Source: Octopus sinensis (Eukaryota). Taken from it: a stretch of DNA of 64,000 nt. This document shows positions 1 to 10,620 of this stretch, piece after piece; the stretch's first letter is position 1; every line of letters starts with the position of its first letter. The translations under genes and the position numbers were made by a program. The notes beneath the pieces were generated by a model. The model searched no databases. It saw only the letters and a list, made by a program, of their open reading frames with translations, and had not been told where the DNA came from. Location of the stretch: assembly GCF_006345805.1 (NCBI RefSeq), contig NC_043011.1, positions 63,624,464-63,688,463 of the forward strand, read 5' to 3'.

Positions 1-21
1 ATATATATATATATACATATA

Positions 22-180
22 CGACGGGTTTCTTTAAGTTTGCGTCTACCAAATCCACTCACAAGGCTTTGGTCGGTCCAATGCTATAGCAGAAGACACT
101 TGCCCAAGGTGCCACGTAGTTTGACTGAACCGGGAACCACGTGGTTCGTAAGCAAGCTACTTACCACACAGCCACTCCTG
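22..180 (-). mobile_element. tRNA-derived SINE (octopus-type), head region
   Basis: Minus strand reads caggagtggctgtgtggtaag...ggttcccggttcagtc...ggcaccttgggcaagtgtcttc (A/B-box-like head). Related copies at ~25818-25975, ~35633-35775 and ~36552-36710, often beside (AT)n. Confidence 0.8.
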
Positions 181-1430
181 GAAGTTTTGGTGTTAGAAGA
201 ATGCGCTAGACTACTGCTTGCTTGTTTGCAGTGACAAGTTTCATACTCTTCGATGGGAATGTTGGTTTCAGACGTATCCAATAGGGTTTCACATGCTTTC
301 TTAATATAATTGCAAACTGATCTCATATGTCAGGATTTACTAAAATACATCAATGTAGCATCTACATTTGGTTTCATGCGTATTGTCTGAATTTAGATAG
401 AGGCGAATTTTAAATGATACTATTCGGTGGCCAGAGGAAACATTATTAAACATATCAAATGCCATGCATTTCATGGCTCTTTTTACCACTTTTTGTTACC
501 AAAAGAAATGTAGTCTAATTGTACTTTTGAACCATTTGTGTATCTCAATGTGCACTGCTTCCCAACTGACATTTGATATCTTGTGTTAAGACAGATGAGA
601 TCATTTTCAGCTATGAATTCATGCAGATATTCTCCATACCGTGAAAGCTCTATTTATATTTATACTTTGGGAGGTGAGCAATACATGAGCAATACATTAT
701 GACAAGAGATTTGTCTCACAATATAAGAGAATTCATGGTAGAATATGACAACCGCTGCTTCATCAGAGTCCTTTTGTTGAACATCTGTTGGACAGGAGCA
801 AGGTATAACATTGGTGTGTGGTTTTCCGATACAGGTTCCTCTCATAATTCTAGGATAGATCTTTTCAATACCGCTGAGTGCGGAGAGCGTGCGGAGTGAG
901 CAGCATTCCTACTCCTCCCGGTGTATAGTCGTTAGGGCCTTTCAGGCAGAAGACGTGATTATGTTTCGCGCATATCCAACTTCATTATGTGCTATTTCGT
1001 GATCACCGCGATGATAACCGTTTTCATCTATAAAAATAATACCGACACTTTACTTTTCAGCAGATTGAGTGAGTTTTGGTAATTGATCTAAGGTGGAAAG
1101 GTTTTGAGTTTGATATCGTTACTGAATTTACGAACACTGAAGACAAATTCACAACCCCAATAGGATGCACCACTTCTTGACTGATGTGACGAGCAAGGCG
1201 GTTTAAGCATCTGATATGAGAACGGGATATGCTAATCTTACGTTAGCTGAACATTCCATAGTTGGACGCAACACCAATGGACATTGCAGCAGTGGCCATA
1301 CTGTCCCAGGTGACGGTGTGCGCTGAATTTGTAAGTCATCCCGCCAAAAATCATTGACAAAGAGCAGCACTTCAGCCGAAACAAGCGCATCCATCATCCT
1401 GCGTTCCGTGGCTTAACCATACCTCTCTGA
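181..1430 (-). mobile_element. Decayed RTE-like LINE, 5' region and AP endonuclease
   Basis: Translation across frameshifts gives DQLPKLTQSAEK..GIIFIDENGYH..GGVGMLLTPHAL..IEKIYPRIMRGTCIGKPHTNVIPCSCPTD..FYHEFSYIVRQISCHNVLL..CLNTRYQ..YTNGSKVQLDYI..KKW..VSSGHRIV, which are APE-type LINE endonuclease motifs. Confidence 0.8.
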
Positions 1431-1647
1431 GTTACGATTTTTTTTTTAATCATTGAAGTTTATTTATCTTGGGTGATTATTTTCGTCTGGAACCTGGCTC
1501 TCGACCTCTCTGGCATAGTTAGCCTACCTGGCGGCGAACACCTTCCAGCTCGTGAGTTTAATTGGAAAACAATTATAAATATAAAATGTGATATGAAAGA
1601 TATAAAATATAAAATTCAAAAATATAAATAGAATAAATTATATATAA

Positions 1648-1740
1648 GTCATAAGATATAGTGTATATTTAAACACGTAGAGAATCCACATAGAGAGTGG
1701 ATTCTCTATGTGTTTAAATATACACTATGTCGTATGACTA
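1648..1740. repeat. Hairpin, ~43-bp inverted arms with 7-nt loop
   Basis: agtcataagatatagtgtatatttaaacacgtagagaatccac / gtggattctctatgtgtttaaatatacactatgtcgtatgact, 3 mismatches. Confidence 0.85.
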
Positions 1741-1855
1741 ATATATAGTCGTTTCGACTAAAATTTATTACGCGTTAGTTCACCGGAAATGTAAATTTTG
1801 ATTGAATGTTTTTAATTTTAATTAAATTCCATTTCCCTTTGATGTGATTAAATGC

Positions 1856-1887
<32 letters not shown>

Positions 1888-2119
1888 GAGGGAATAATAT
1901 TCTACCAAAGAGATACGTTTTATTTATTATTTTGCACATTACTTAATCATCGGTATATTATCTTTATCTTATATTTAATATTTCTATTATAAGTAATTTT
2001 CTAGATGGTGTAATTAAATTTTTAATTTTTAATTGATAAAAGGTGGTTTGTTTTTGTAATTTATATATAACACATATATACATACATATGTGTGTGTGTG
2101 TGAGTATCTGTGTGTGTGT

Positions 2120-2631
2120 ATGCACCTTGTTGAGTAGTCGATGACGTCTCAGATATTTTCTCGCCCTTTGACTAGCCTTATTCTGTGTCTTGCAGAGTGT
2201 CCAACTATCACCCTTGTCACAAATCAAACTCGGTGGGTTTTCCAGTTCAGTCACTAACGACCCTATCAGGCGACATGTTGTACTAGATTATATGTTACCA
2301 GTAGCACTGAAGAATGACTTGATATAGTAGAATGTTTATGTCACTTCGATTTATATTTTTGGTTATAACATGCGATTCAGTAAATATCAGATTTAAACTA
2401 TGAATTATGTGTGTTGAGAATGCCTTTGTATAGCGGCAGACTGTTTGTTTGCATTTATGAATTTAAGGGGCAATAAATATTTTTCTATGAACAGCTGTAC
2501 CTGATAGGCAAAGAATGAAGTTTAGCAGGGATTAAATCATAATACAAAAAACAATTAACTTAAATGCCGAACTATTTATCATATAATTACTTACCAATGA
2601 ATAGGAGAGAGAATACTAACAAACATTTCAT
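2120..2631 (-). pseudogene. Secreted Cys-rich protein paralog A (signal exon 2631-2595; exon 2 from 2500), disrupted
   Basis: ATG AAA TGT TTG TTA GTA TTC TCT CTC CTA TTC ATT G|gtaagtaatt = MKCLLVFSLLFI(G). 94-nt intron with acceptor cttcattctttgcctatcag. Exon 2 reaches an early TAA; later frames give KCKQTVCRYT and LICDKGDSWTLCKTQNK. Confidence 0.6.
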
Positions 2632-3257
2632 CGTATATATATTCATGTAACAGACAACAACTGCTAGTTTAATGACTGCAGGTCAAAGAACTGTTGTGTG
2701 GACTTGAAAACTTTTTTATGCTGCGAAATGTGTTTCGCATGACTATAAACGTGTAGGTGCGTGCAGATATATATGTATAATGGTAGTAGCATTTCTTCTA
2801 CTTTAGAAGTCATAAAATAAATTTTATAATTTCTTTGACAAGTTGATTTCCTAGTAAATAAAACCGTGTTTTCCGCTTTTAGAGATATATTTCAATTCTC
2901 CTTAACAAACATGTAATTAATATGTATCATATATATATGTGCGTGTGTGTATGTGTGCATATGTGTGTGTATGCGTGTGTGTATGTATGTAAGCATGTAT
3001 GTTTGTATATATATATATATGTATATATAACTATGCATATATTTACATACATATATACATGTATACATACACAAATAGACAGAAAGACAGACGGACTGAC
3101 GGAGGCCTGACTGGATAGATACATGTGTGCGCTTGGACGGTGTTAAATAGCTGCTCCTCCAGATGAAAACATTATCTGGCATTATGGTTTTGTGGCATTC
3201 AAGATACCATATAACAAAACATCAATAAACACTCGAATAAAACTTTGTTCTCATCTT

Positions 3258-3319
3258 TGTCCACTTGCCAAAACATTTTCGAGGCACCATCAGAACTCAA
3301 GAGACATATCCGTGTCCAT
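3258..3319 (+). pseudogene. Single C2H2 zinc-finger relic
   Basis: tgt cca ct- tgc caa aac att ttc gag gca cca tca gaa ctc aag aga cat atc cgt gtc cat = CPxCQNIFEAPSELKRHIRVH (C-x2-C-x3-F-x5-L-x2-H-x3-H) with a 1-nt deletion. Confidence 0.55.
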
Positions 3320-3608
3320 AGGGCCTTATTAACACTTTATTTTTACTGAACCGTTATCTGCCATTCTCGTCGAGCAAAAGACGATTGATAGCTATTCAAC
3401 TATCTCTTTCGCATTAATATATCAGTTTAGATATCAATTATCAACTAAAAAGTAAACACATTATTCTATACAAATTTAGTTAATTTTTAAGCTCTATTTT
3501 TCAGTTTGTAAGATAGAAATTTAAATGTAACAAAATATTTTAAGAGAAATTTAATGTGCTTATGTGATAACGGTAAATCTTTTAGGCCATCCTGTATATA
3601 TATATATA

Positions 3609-4848
3609 CGAGGGGCGTTCAATAAGTAATGCTCCTGACCCACTTCCCATAGCTGTAGAGCAACCACCAAGAGGTATGCATTTCTCCCATCATTTGATGC
3701 AGCTCTAGAGACTGTTTTTGTAGAAGACCCCAGCTTGGTCCTCCAACCACGACGTGACTTCAGAAATCAAGGCTGCATCATCTGGGAAATGCTTTCCTTT
3801 GAAAAACAACTTCATGGCTGGAAAGAGGAGAAAATCAGAGGGTGCGAGGTCAGGAGAGTATGGGGGATGGGGGAGGGGTTCATAACCGCACGCCTGTGCT
3901 TCTGATCTGGCGACACGCGAGTTGTGGACCGGAGCGTTGTCGATGCCTTTGCTGATCTTGCCCCGCCTCTTGATTTTGATAGCTTCTCTTAATTTCCTCA
4001 AAAGTGAAGCATAATAGGCTCCTGTAATTGGGGTACCCTTTGCTAGGAAATCTGTCATCACTACTCCGTCCTGGTCCCAGAAGACTGTGAGCATGACCTT
4101 GCCAGCTGAGGGCTGCACCTTTGCCTCCTTTAGAGGAGGTGAGTCATGGTGCTTCCACTGCATTGACTGGGCTTTGGTCTCTGGATCATAGTGATGGACC
4201 CAGGTTTCATCCTGTGTAATCAGTCCTTTGAAAAATTTTGAGTCATCTTCTTGGCACATCTCCAAATTCATCCTCGAGCACTCGACCCGTTCTTCCTTCT
4301 GGAAAGGTCTGAGCAACCTGGGAATCCATCTAGCAGACACCTTTTGTATATGAAAATGGTCATGAATGATAGTTTCCACAGACCCGGTACTAATCTTGAT
4401 CTCATGGGCTATTTGGCGAATAGTTATGCGTCGATCTTCCAAAATGGCAGCCTCAACTTGACGGACAGATGCCTCATCAATAGCAGAAGGGGGCGACCAG
4501 ATCTGGGAGCTGTTTCCACAGAGTTCCGACCATGTTTGAATTCACGATGCCAGCGTTTTACAAGGTCATATGATGGGGCATCATCACCATAAGTTACTTT
4601 CATTTCATCAAAAGTCTCCCGTGGTGTGCGTCCTTTCAAATACAAAAACCGGATCACTGCTCGACACTCAACAGGCTCCATTTCACACTTGACTCAGTTC
4701 AAACACCTGTAAATCAGAAACTACAATTAGTTCAGAGCTGTAATTTGCCACGTAATCTATAGAGATATGAAGAATTTAACATGCAAAATTTCAGCTAGAT
4801 CAAATAATTGCAAGTGGGTCAGAGGCATTACTTATTGAACGTCTCTCG
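3609..4848 (-). mobile_element. Full-length mariner (DD34D-type) transposon, inactive
   Basis: TIRs cgaggggcgttcaataagtaatgctcctgacccactt and aagtgggtcagaggcattacttattgaacgtctctcg, TA on both sides. Transposase is split by a frameshift (4681-4424 and 4442-3705) and has WIPR, DETWVHHYDPETK, DNAPVH and YSPDLAPSDF motifs, with a small deletion before DNAP. Confidence 0.95.
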
Positions 4849-4874
4849 TATATAATATATATATATATGTGTAT

Positions 4875-5034
4875 ATACATAAGAGGGATGACCACTAAGT
4901 GGACATCCAATATTCTAAATGTAGACCCCATATGGTCTGACCACTAAGAAACACATTTTCTTAGTGGTCAGACCATATGGGTTTTACGTGTAGCATATTG
5001 GATATCTACTTAGTGGTCATCACTCTTATTTGTA
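4875..5034. repeat. Foldback hairpin / MITE-like element, ~75-bp arms
   Basis: aagagggatgaccactaagtggacatccaatattc...gaccactaagaaa-cacat-tttcttagtggtc...cttagtggtcatcactctt. Each arm has an internal gaccactaag direct repeat. Confidence 0.8.
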
Positions 5035-5195
5035 TGTAACATAATTTTTCTGAATATTCAGATTTTTCAATATGCTAGACCACTGGTTAAAAATTGATAT
5101 TAATCAAATTAAAACTCAATTTTTTGCTCTTATTTAAATTTATATACATATATAAATTGATCAAAAGAAAATAAAAACATGATGCGAAGGATTCA

Positions 5196-5273
5196 GCGGT
5201 ACATATGTTTCAGGCCTTTATTAGACAGATTTATAACAATGCATAATGTATGTATGTGGCCTTCTTCAGCCGC
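5196..5273 (-). ncRNA. Type I hammerhead ribozyme (canonical core)
   Basis: Minus strand GCGG-CUGAAGA-AGGCC-(loop)-GGCCU-GAAA-C-AUAU-G-UA-CCGC. Stems I and II are fully complementary, region III is palindromic (ACAUAUGU), and the cleavage triplet is GUA. Confidence 0.8.
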
Positions 5274-5895
5274 GCACCACCGCTTCCACAAGGACATGTG
5301 TTACATCAAAAATTCTTGGTTGGGGATGCAAATCCTCTCATTCACGTATGACATAATGCGGCAGCAGCATAGAGTTGAAGCGTCCATCTCTTTCTTCTCT
5401 CAATGTAGAATGAGGAAAATTGGATGTTGAGGTAATGTAAATAAATAAATACATATATAGAGGTGAAGATGGAGGGGCGAGAGTTCGGGACGAGGGATAA
5501 AAATGTATAAAAAGTGTAAGTATAGAATAATATAAAAATGTAGAGGATAAAGGGTTGTAAGTAGATGTAAAGGGGGTATAAAAAATATAAAGTAAAAATA
5601 GAAATAGAAATAAAAGTAAAAAAACCTGATAAAAACATGATAAAAGTGTAAAAGAATGTAAAGATAAGGGATGTATAGAGGTTATGGACCAAGCATGGTG
5701 GTCAGGAGATTGATAAAATTTAGTTGTAGAATTGTCAGTACATCAACAGTTTCGTCTGGGGACTTAATGCGTTGTAACGCGTATGTACTAGCAAAAATGT
5801 ACTAGCAAAAATGCGTGAGTGCAACAAACTTGAAAAAAATTGTCTTACCTCCAGGGAGAACATCTGAAAAATGAAATACCTAGAAAAGGATAATG

Positions 5896-5967
5896 TGGGA
5901 CCGGAGCCGGTTTCAGATTTTTCAAGATATGCCTGCAGCCATATACTTGATCTATCTTCATCAGCCA
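5896..5967 (-). ncRNA. Type I hammerhead ribozyme (canonical core)
   Basis: Minus strand UGG-CUGAUGA-AGAU-(loop)-AUCU-GAAA-CCGG-CU-CCGG-UC-CCA with a GUC triplet. Stem I can extend via AUGU/ACAU across a 2-nt bulge. Confidence 0.7.
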
Positions 5968-6321
5968 AACATATACCACGACAAAATTTCAGATGTTACC
6001 ACATTAATGCCAATACACTCGACTGAAACGCCGAAACGCTAACAGAACGAGAACGGTGAAGAAGTTTTAATAAATTAGTAATGCAATACTAGAGATTTGC
6101 TTTCCAGTGAAGAATAGCCCGTGAGGGGAAAATATACAAAGAAGTAAATATATGGCACAACGAAGTACCGATATTTACTGGAAATAGCGGATGTAATAAT
6201 ACCACGCTAATGTATAGCTTCACCGCGTATGTACCATTATTACATTTCAGATATTAGCTTTGCGTATGAAATAAAAGATTTTGAAAATTAAAGGTGTCTA
6301 TTTACTTCATGCATATCTCTG

Positions 6322-6366
<45 letters not shown>

Positions 6367-6374
<8 letters not shown>

Positions 6375-6980
6375 CAATAGTATTAAGGAATGACCCTGAC
6401 AGGCCGTTCAACTCACTTGAAAGAGCAGCTAAACTCAAACCGCAAAATAGTAGTAATTCTGAAACTAAAGGAGAAATAAGAACATTTATCCCCTTCAACT
6501 TTGGACTATGCATAGTTTCGACGTTTTTACGTAATTGAATTGAATTAAATTAAATTAAATCCGTTTACGATTGGCCTGTCTCGTCAGCAAAGTAGCCAAG
6601 GAAAAGGAAAATATATACACAAGAGGCAGCACCATCGAAGCCTCGAGTTTATATATCGTAAATTTTCGAAATCCACCGTAACTGCGCTATCTACTCAGCA
6701 GCAAATATAAACTGCTGATACAATTTCAGAATTAGTCAAAAAATCATTAATTAATCAATATAAGGGTAGCAAAAACATTTCAAGAAAAAATTCAAGAAAA
6801 CTTTTCTGCAACCAGCGGTCAAGTGAGAAAGTAGAACTAGTCACAGACTATATAACATATTCAACAATAGTATTAAGGAATGACCCTGACAGGCCGTTCA
6901 ACTCACTTGAAAGAACAGCTAAACTCAAACCGCAAAATAGTAGTAATTCTGAAACTAAAGGAGAAATAAAAACATCTATC
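6367..6980 (-). mobile_element. Non-autonomous, terminally redundant hammerhead element (retrozyme- or Penelope pLTR-like), ~490-nt unit
   Basis: A ~123-nt direct repeat (atattcaacaatagtattaaggaatgaccc...aacatytatcc) at 6367 and 6857 brackets the 6498-6593 hammerhead. No coding capacity. Confidence 0.65.
6498..6593 (-). ncRNA. Type I hammerhead ribozyme (canonical core)
   Basis: Minus strand ACUUUG-CUGACGA-GAC-(loop containing CGUAA/UUACG helix)-GUC-GAAA-CUAUGCAUAG-UC-CAAAGU. Perfect 6-bp stem I, perfectly palindromic stem III, GUC triplet. Confidence 0.85.
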
Positions 6981-6995
6981 CACTGTATATATATA

Positions 6996-8072
6996 CAGAG
7001 ATATGCATGAAGTAAATAGACACCTTTAATTTTCAAAATCTTTTATTTTATACGCAAAGCTAATATCTGAAATGTAATCGATAGGTAGGGCTACATACTT
7101 TAGTATTTATTTGACATTCCCTTTGCAGTTCTTAATTCAGAATCCCTATGTACCATTGAACTGGTGAGCGTTGTGATTGTCTCTTGTGGAATTTCTGTCC
7201 ACTTTTCACGCAAGAATCGAAACAATTCATCTTTAGATTTAGGTTTCTGTTGAGTTTTTCGTATAGTTCTATCCAGTATGCTGCAACGATTTTCAATTGG
7301 ATTCATGTCAGGAGATTGGCTCGGCCAAGGAAGCTTTTTGATGACCCCATTTTCAGTCAGCCATTGTCGATTCATTTTGACTGTGTGACATTGAGCTCCA
7401 TCTGGCATGAATAATAACTCATTTTTCCTTATATTATCGGGTGAATAGATCGGAAGTAGTCCTTGCTTAGGTATTTCGATGTATGTTTCAGTGTTTATGG
7501 TTCCAACATATGCGACCAGCTTAGAACGGCCATTGCTGGTGACAGTTCCCCATACCATTACAGAGATAACACCATGATTCATAGTTCGTTTGAGTCGTTT
7601 CAAATCAAATGCTTGATTGGGAAACCTCCAGACCCAAACACGTCCACTGTCTGAAAATACGGCAAACCTGGTTTCATATGTGAAAATCAGTCTATCGCAA
7701 AATGAACTGGGTTTTTCTGGCATCTCCTTAGCCCATTTCTTTCTTTTCATGATATTAATTAGTTGAAGGATAGGTTTTCTTCTAGCTGCTCGTCAATAAT
7801 ACCTACGTTCTTGGACTAACATCTAGCTGTTTTGCAACGTCACAATCCTGTTTCTGATCGCGCGCTGTATTTTGATATAAATAAAGTTATTATATCTGTT
7901 TTATTTATTGTTTATTTGCAGTGTATTTTCTTTTTCTTGGTTAGCATTGCCAAAAAGAAAAAGAAAACAGAAAGAAACTGATACAGGATGTCAGTGATAC
8001 ATTTACGAAGTTCGCGTTGTCATATCAATAATATAACAACTCACGGGGGTGAGTTATTCCTTTTTGAGGTAC
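6996..8072 (-). mobile_element. Tc1-like transposon remnant
   Basis: ORF 7750-7100 has catalytic-domain motifs (YETRFAVFSDSGRVWVWR, VMVWG, DGAQCH, WPSQSPDMNPIEN). The end TA-cagagatatgcatgaagtaaatagacacc resembles a Tc1 TIR. The N-terminal half is deleted or decayed, and the right boundary is approximate. Confidence 0.8.
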
Positions 8073-8433
8073 TTCGAAATCCAGAGTGCGCCGTCCACCA
8101 TCTCACCCCCATCATATTTACAGGTATACATAGTGAGAAATGTGAGGAATATATATAAAGGTGTTTGCACGATTGCGTATAGATGGATATATATTATTCA
8201 AAGAAATTCCAACTCTGTTTGTTTTTTATGTTTTATTTATATTCTTTATAATATTAATGTAGAATATAGAATATATAGCATAAATAATATATATATAGTA
8301 AAATGAAATGAAGTATGGATTGTCGTATTGAATAGATGAAATACTGAATATAAAATATTAAGGCACTTAGTATATTTTCTTGCATTAAAGTAGTCTTCAA
8401 GATCCCAGGTTGTGACAGGAGTGTTTCAACTGT

Positions 8434-8489
<56 letters not shown>

Positions 8490-8491
<2 letters not shown>

Positions 8492-8610
8492 ATAATATGT
8501 TAAAATTACTCAATAGTCAAGATAAAACTCTGAGTTTCAGATGCCGAAGTGGAAATCCACAACACTATTTCTTCGGTTATCTGGCCATCTGACAAACGCT
8601 ATGAAAAATA
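8490..8610 (-). mobile_element. Short repeat carrying a variant hammerhead motif (same family as 20150-20505)
   Basis: gataaaactctgagtttcagatgccgaagtggaaatccac...ttcggttatc closely matches 20182-20242. Minus strand GAUAA-CCGAAGA...CAUCU-GAAA-CUCAGAG-UU-UUAUC. Confidence 0.6.
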
Positions 8611-9257
8611 CCGTTATATAAAGGGAAATTACTGTGTTATAATTATATAAAATAAGATTAAAATGTCATAGTAAACACGTAAAACATGGCTAGTCATACG
8701 CTCACATGTGCGCTCGCGGCCCCACGTGCGTACTTATACGTCACTATGAAAACGCACACATCTTCAATCGCATTGTTCGCCAAATATATACGCATATATA
8801 TACAAACTCATACACACACACGCGCGTACCGTAAAAGTCCATACATACGTCTATATACGCACAAGCACAAGTAAAATATGGTTAAAGGTAACAATACAGA
8901 AAAAAAAACATAAGGAAGTATACAAAGCATAAAAACCACGTTCATATACGGACATGCCCTTATGCACTCATACACACACACGCCCATATATGTACATACC
9001 CGCACATGTTTACATACGCATACACACACGCATATCCCAAAAAATTAATATACATATGCCCCCCCCCCAAAAAAAAAACCTAAAAAAGGGAAAAATACTA
9101 AGTAAAAACGTATATATATATATGCATTCTTATGGTCGCTCACACGCACACATCTAAAGCTGCCCACTCATACATATTCACACACGTGTACAAATGAATC
9201 TATATACACGTCTATATAGGCACAGGAAAAATGCAGGATGGGAGAGTACAGAAACAA

Positions 9258-9790
9258 TTATTACGTGTGAAAATATAAAAATATATGAAATAATAAAAGG
9301 TATAATGAGATAAAAAACCTTTTTGGGATATAATATAGAAAGCAAGTTCTATCTGTTTTCTTTAGGGGACCAAAAACGTAACAAAACTTTTGTCACATGT
9401 GGGCATGACCAGAAAAGTTTTATGCACTGGAACAAAAGAAAAGCGACAAAATTATCTAATCATATTAGGTCTTTAAAAGATAAAGGTGTCAATTATAACA
9501 TCCTTTGGAAGATTTTGGCCAAACGTAAGCCCTACACCAACGGCAGCGGAAGGTGCGGTCTATGCGACGTGGAGAGATGGCTTATCTGGAAAAGCAGCTT
9601 AGGCCCTACTACATTTCTAAACTCAAGGACAGAACTTTTCGGGTCATGCCCATATGTGACAAAATTTTTGTTATGTTTTTGGTCCCCTAAAGAAAACTGA
9701 TAGAACTTGCTTTCTATATTATGTCCCAAAAAGTATTTTATCTCATTATACCTTTTATTATTTCATATATTTTTATATTTTCACGCGTAT
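9258..9790 (+). mobile_element. Penelope-like 3' fragment with inverted terminal duplication
   Basis: Central ORF KATKLSNHIRSLKDKGVNYNILWKILAKRKPYTNGSGRCGLCDVERWLIW..LNSRTELFGSCPYVTKFLL resembles the C-terminal end of a PLE GIY-YIG domain. Positions 9258-9410 are an inverted copy of ~9640-9790. Confidence 0.75.
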
Positions 9791-9799
9791 ATAGATGTG

Positions 9800-10136
9800 T
9801 TTGGTGTGAGTAATTACTAAATAGTAATTCTGTGCATTTGAAGTAGGAGCTGCCTCAAGGCGATTAATTTCGACAAAAATGATCGAAAATACTCCCATGC
9901 AGAATAACTAGATTAGAACTTCCAAACTAGAACGAATCGCGCGAGACACGTTCGCTGATTATTTATTGTATCTGAAATATACTTCTCAATGGCATCGAAC
10001 ACCTTGTGCATTTTGCATTCTGCTACTTGACAAAAGGTACACAATAGAACACACATGACTTTAACTGCAGAACACTTTATTTCGCTCTTTATTTTTCTAT
10101 TCTTGTTCCAGGATTCAGTGTAGAGTTTTAACCAAC
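9800..10136 (-). pseudogene. Cys-rich exon, paralog B (frameshifted)
   Basis: Strong acceptor tcgtcttttctctttacag, phase 1: GWLKLYTESWNKNRKIKSEIKCSAVKVMCVLLCTFCQVAEC. Removing one A gives ECKCTRC; NNQRTCL matches NNNKYCF of the 49.9-kb copy. Confidence 0.45.
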
Positions 10137-10384
10137 CTGTAAAGAGAAAAGACGATGTAAATGTGTTTGTGTGTATGTGTGTATGTGTGTACATAGACAC
10201 TATTGTACATAGACACTATCGTATCGTCTCTGGACTGTTCATAAATATACATAAATATGTGTCTTGGTAATGGCACTCAAGAAAACATAAAATTAAGCGA
10301 CCTGTTGATAAGGCATTCACTTACTGTTAGTTATTACATATATAACACATTTTACAACACAGAATAATAATTATGCCATATTAT

Positions 10385-10620
10385 AATTTTGCCATGGTGT
10401 TTCGTGCATTCTGCTGCGTACACCAAATAGGAATCTCTACATGTCCCGCATTCTGTAGAAGTCATAACATTTCTGTTATCATTCCTGGTAGAATTCACTT
10501 GACTCGTGTTGCCGCACAAGGAACAGGGTTTAACACGCTTGCGGATCTTTTTCAAGGTACAGCGTGCAGATACTCTAATGTTGGTTTTCTTCGCGTCACA
10601 AGTAGAGGTTAATCGTTCTC
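10385..10620 (-). mobile_element. Probable Penelope-like GIY-YIG fragment
   Basis: RVKPCSLCGNTSQVNST...TCRDSYLVYAAECTKHHGK resembles the CxxC linker plus VYxxxC first GIY motif of PLE endonucleases. Confidence 0.4.

Noticed and set aside
755-770. CTGATGA on the minus strand (also CTGACGA near 15992 and 22590)
   Set aside because: No closing stem II or GAAA; chance core matches.
5850-6050. Candidate exon ending at ctggag|gtaaga
   Set aside because: No convincing coding frame; the region is better explained by the hammerhead at 5896-5967.
6367-6980. CRISPR-like or regularly spaced repeat array
   Set aside because: Only two repeat units, 123 nt long, in a eukaryotic context with no cas genes.
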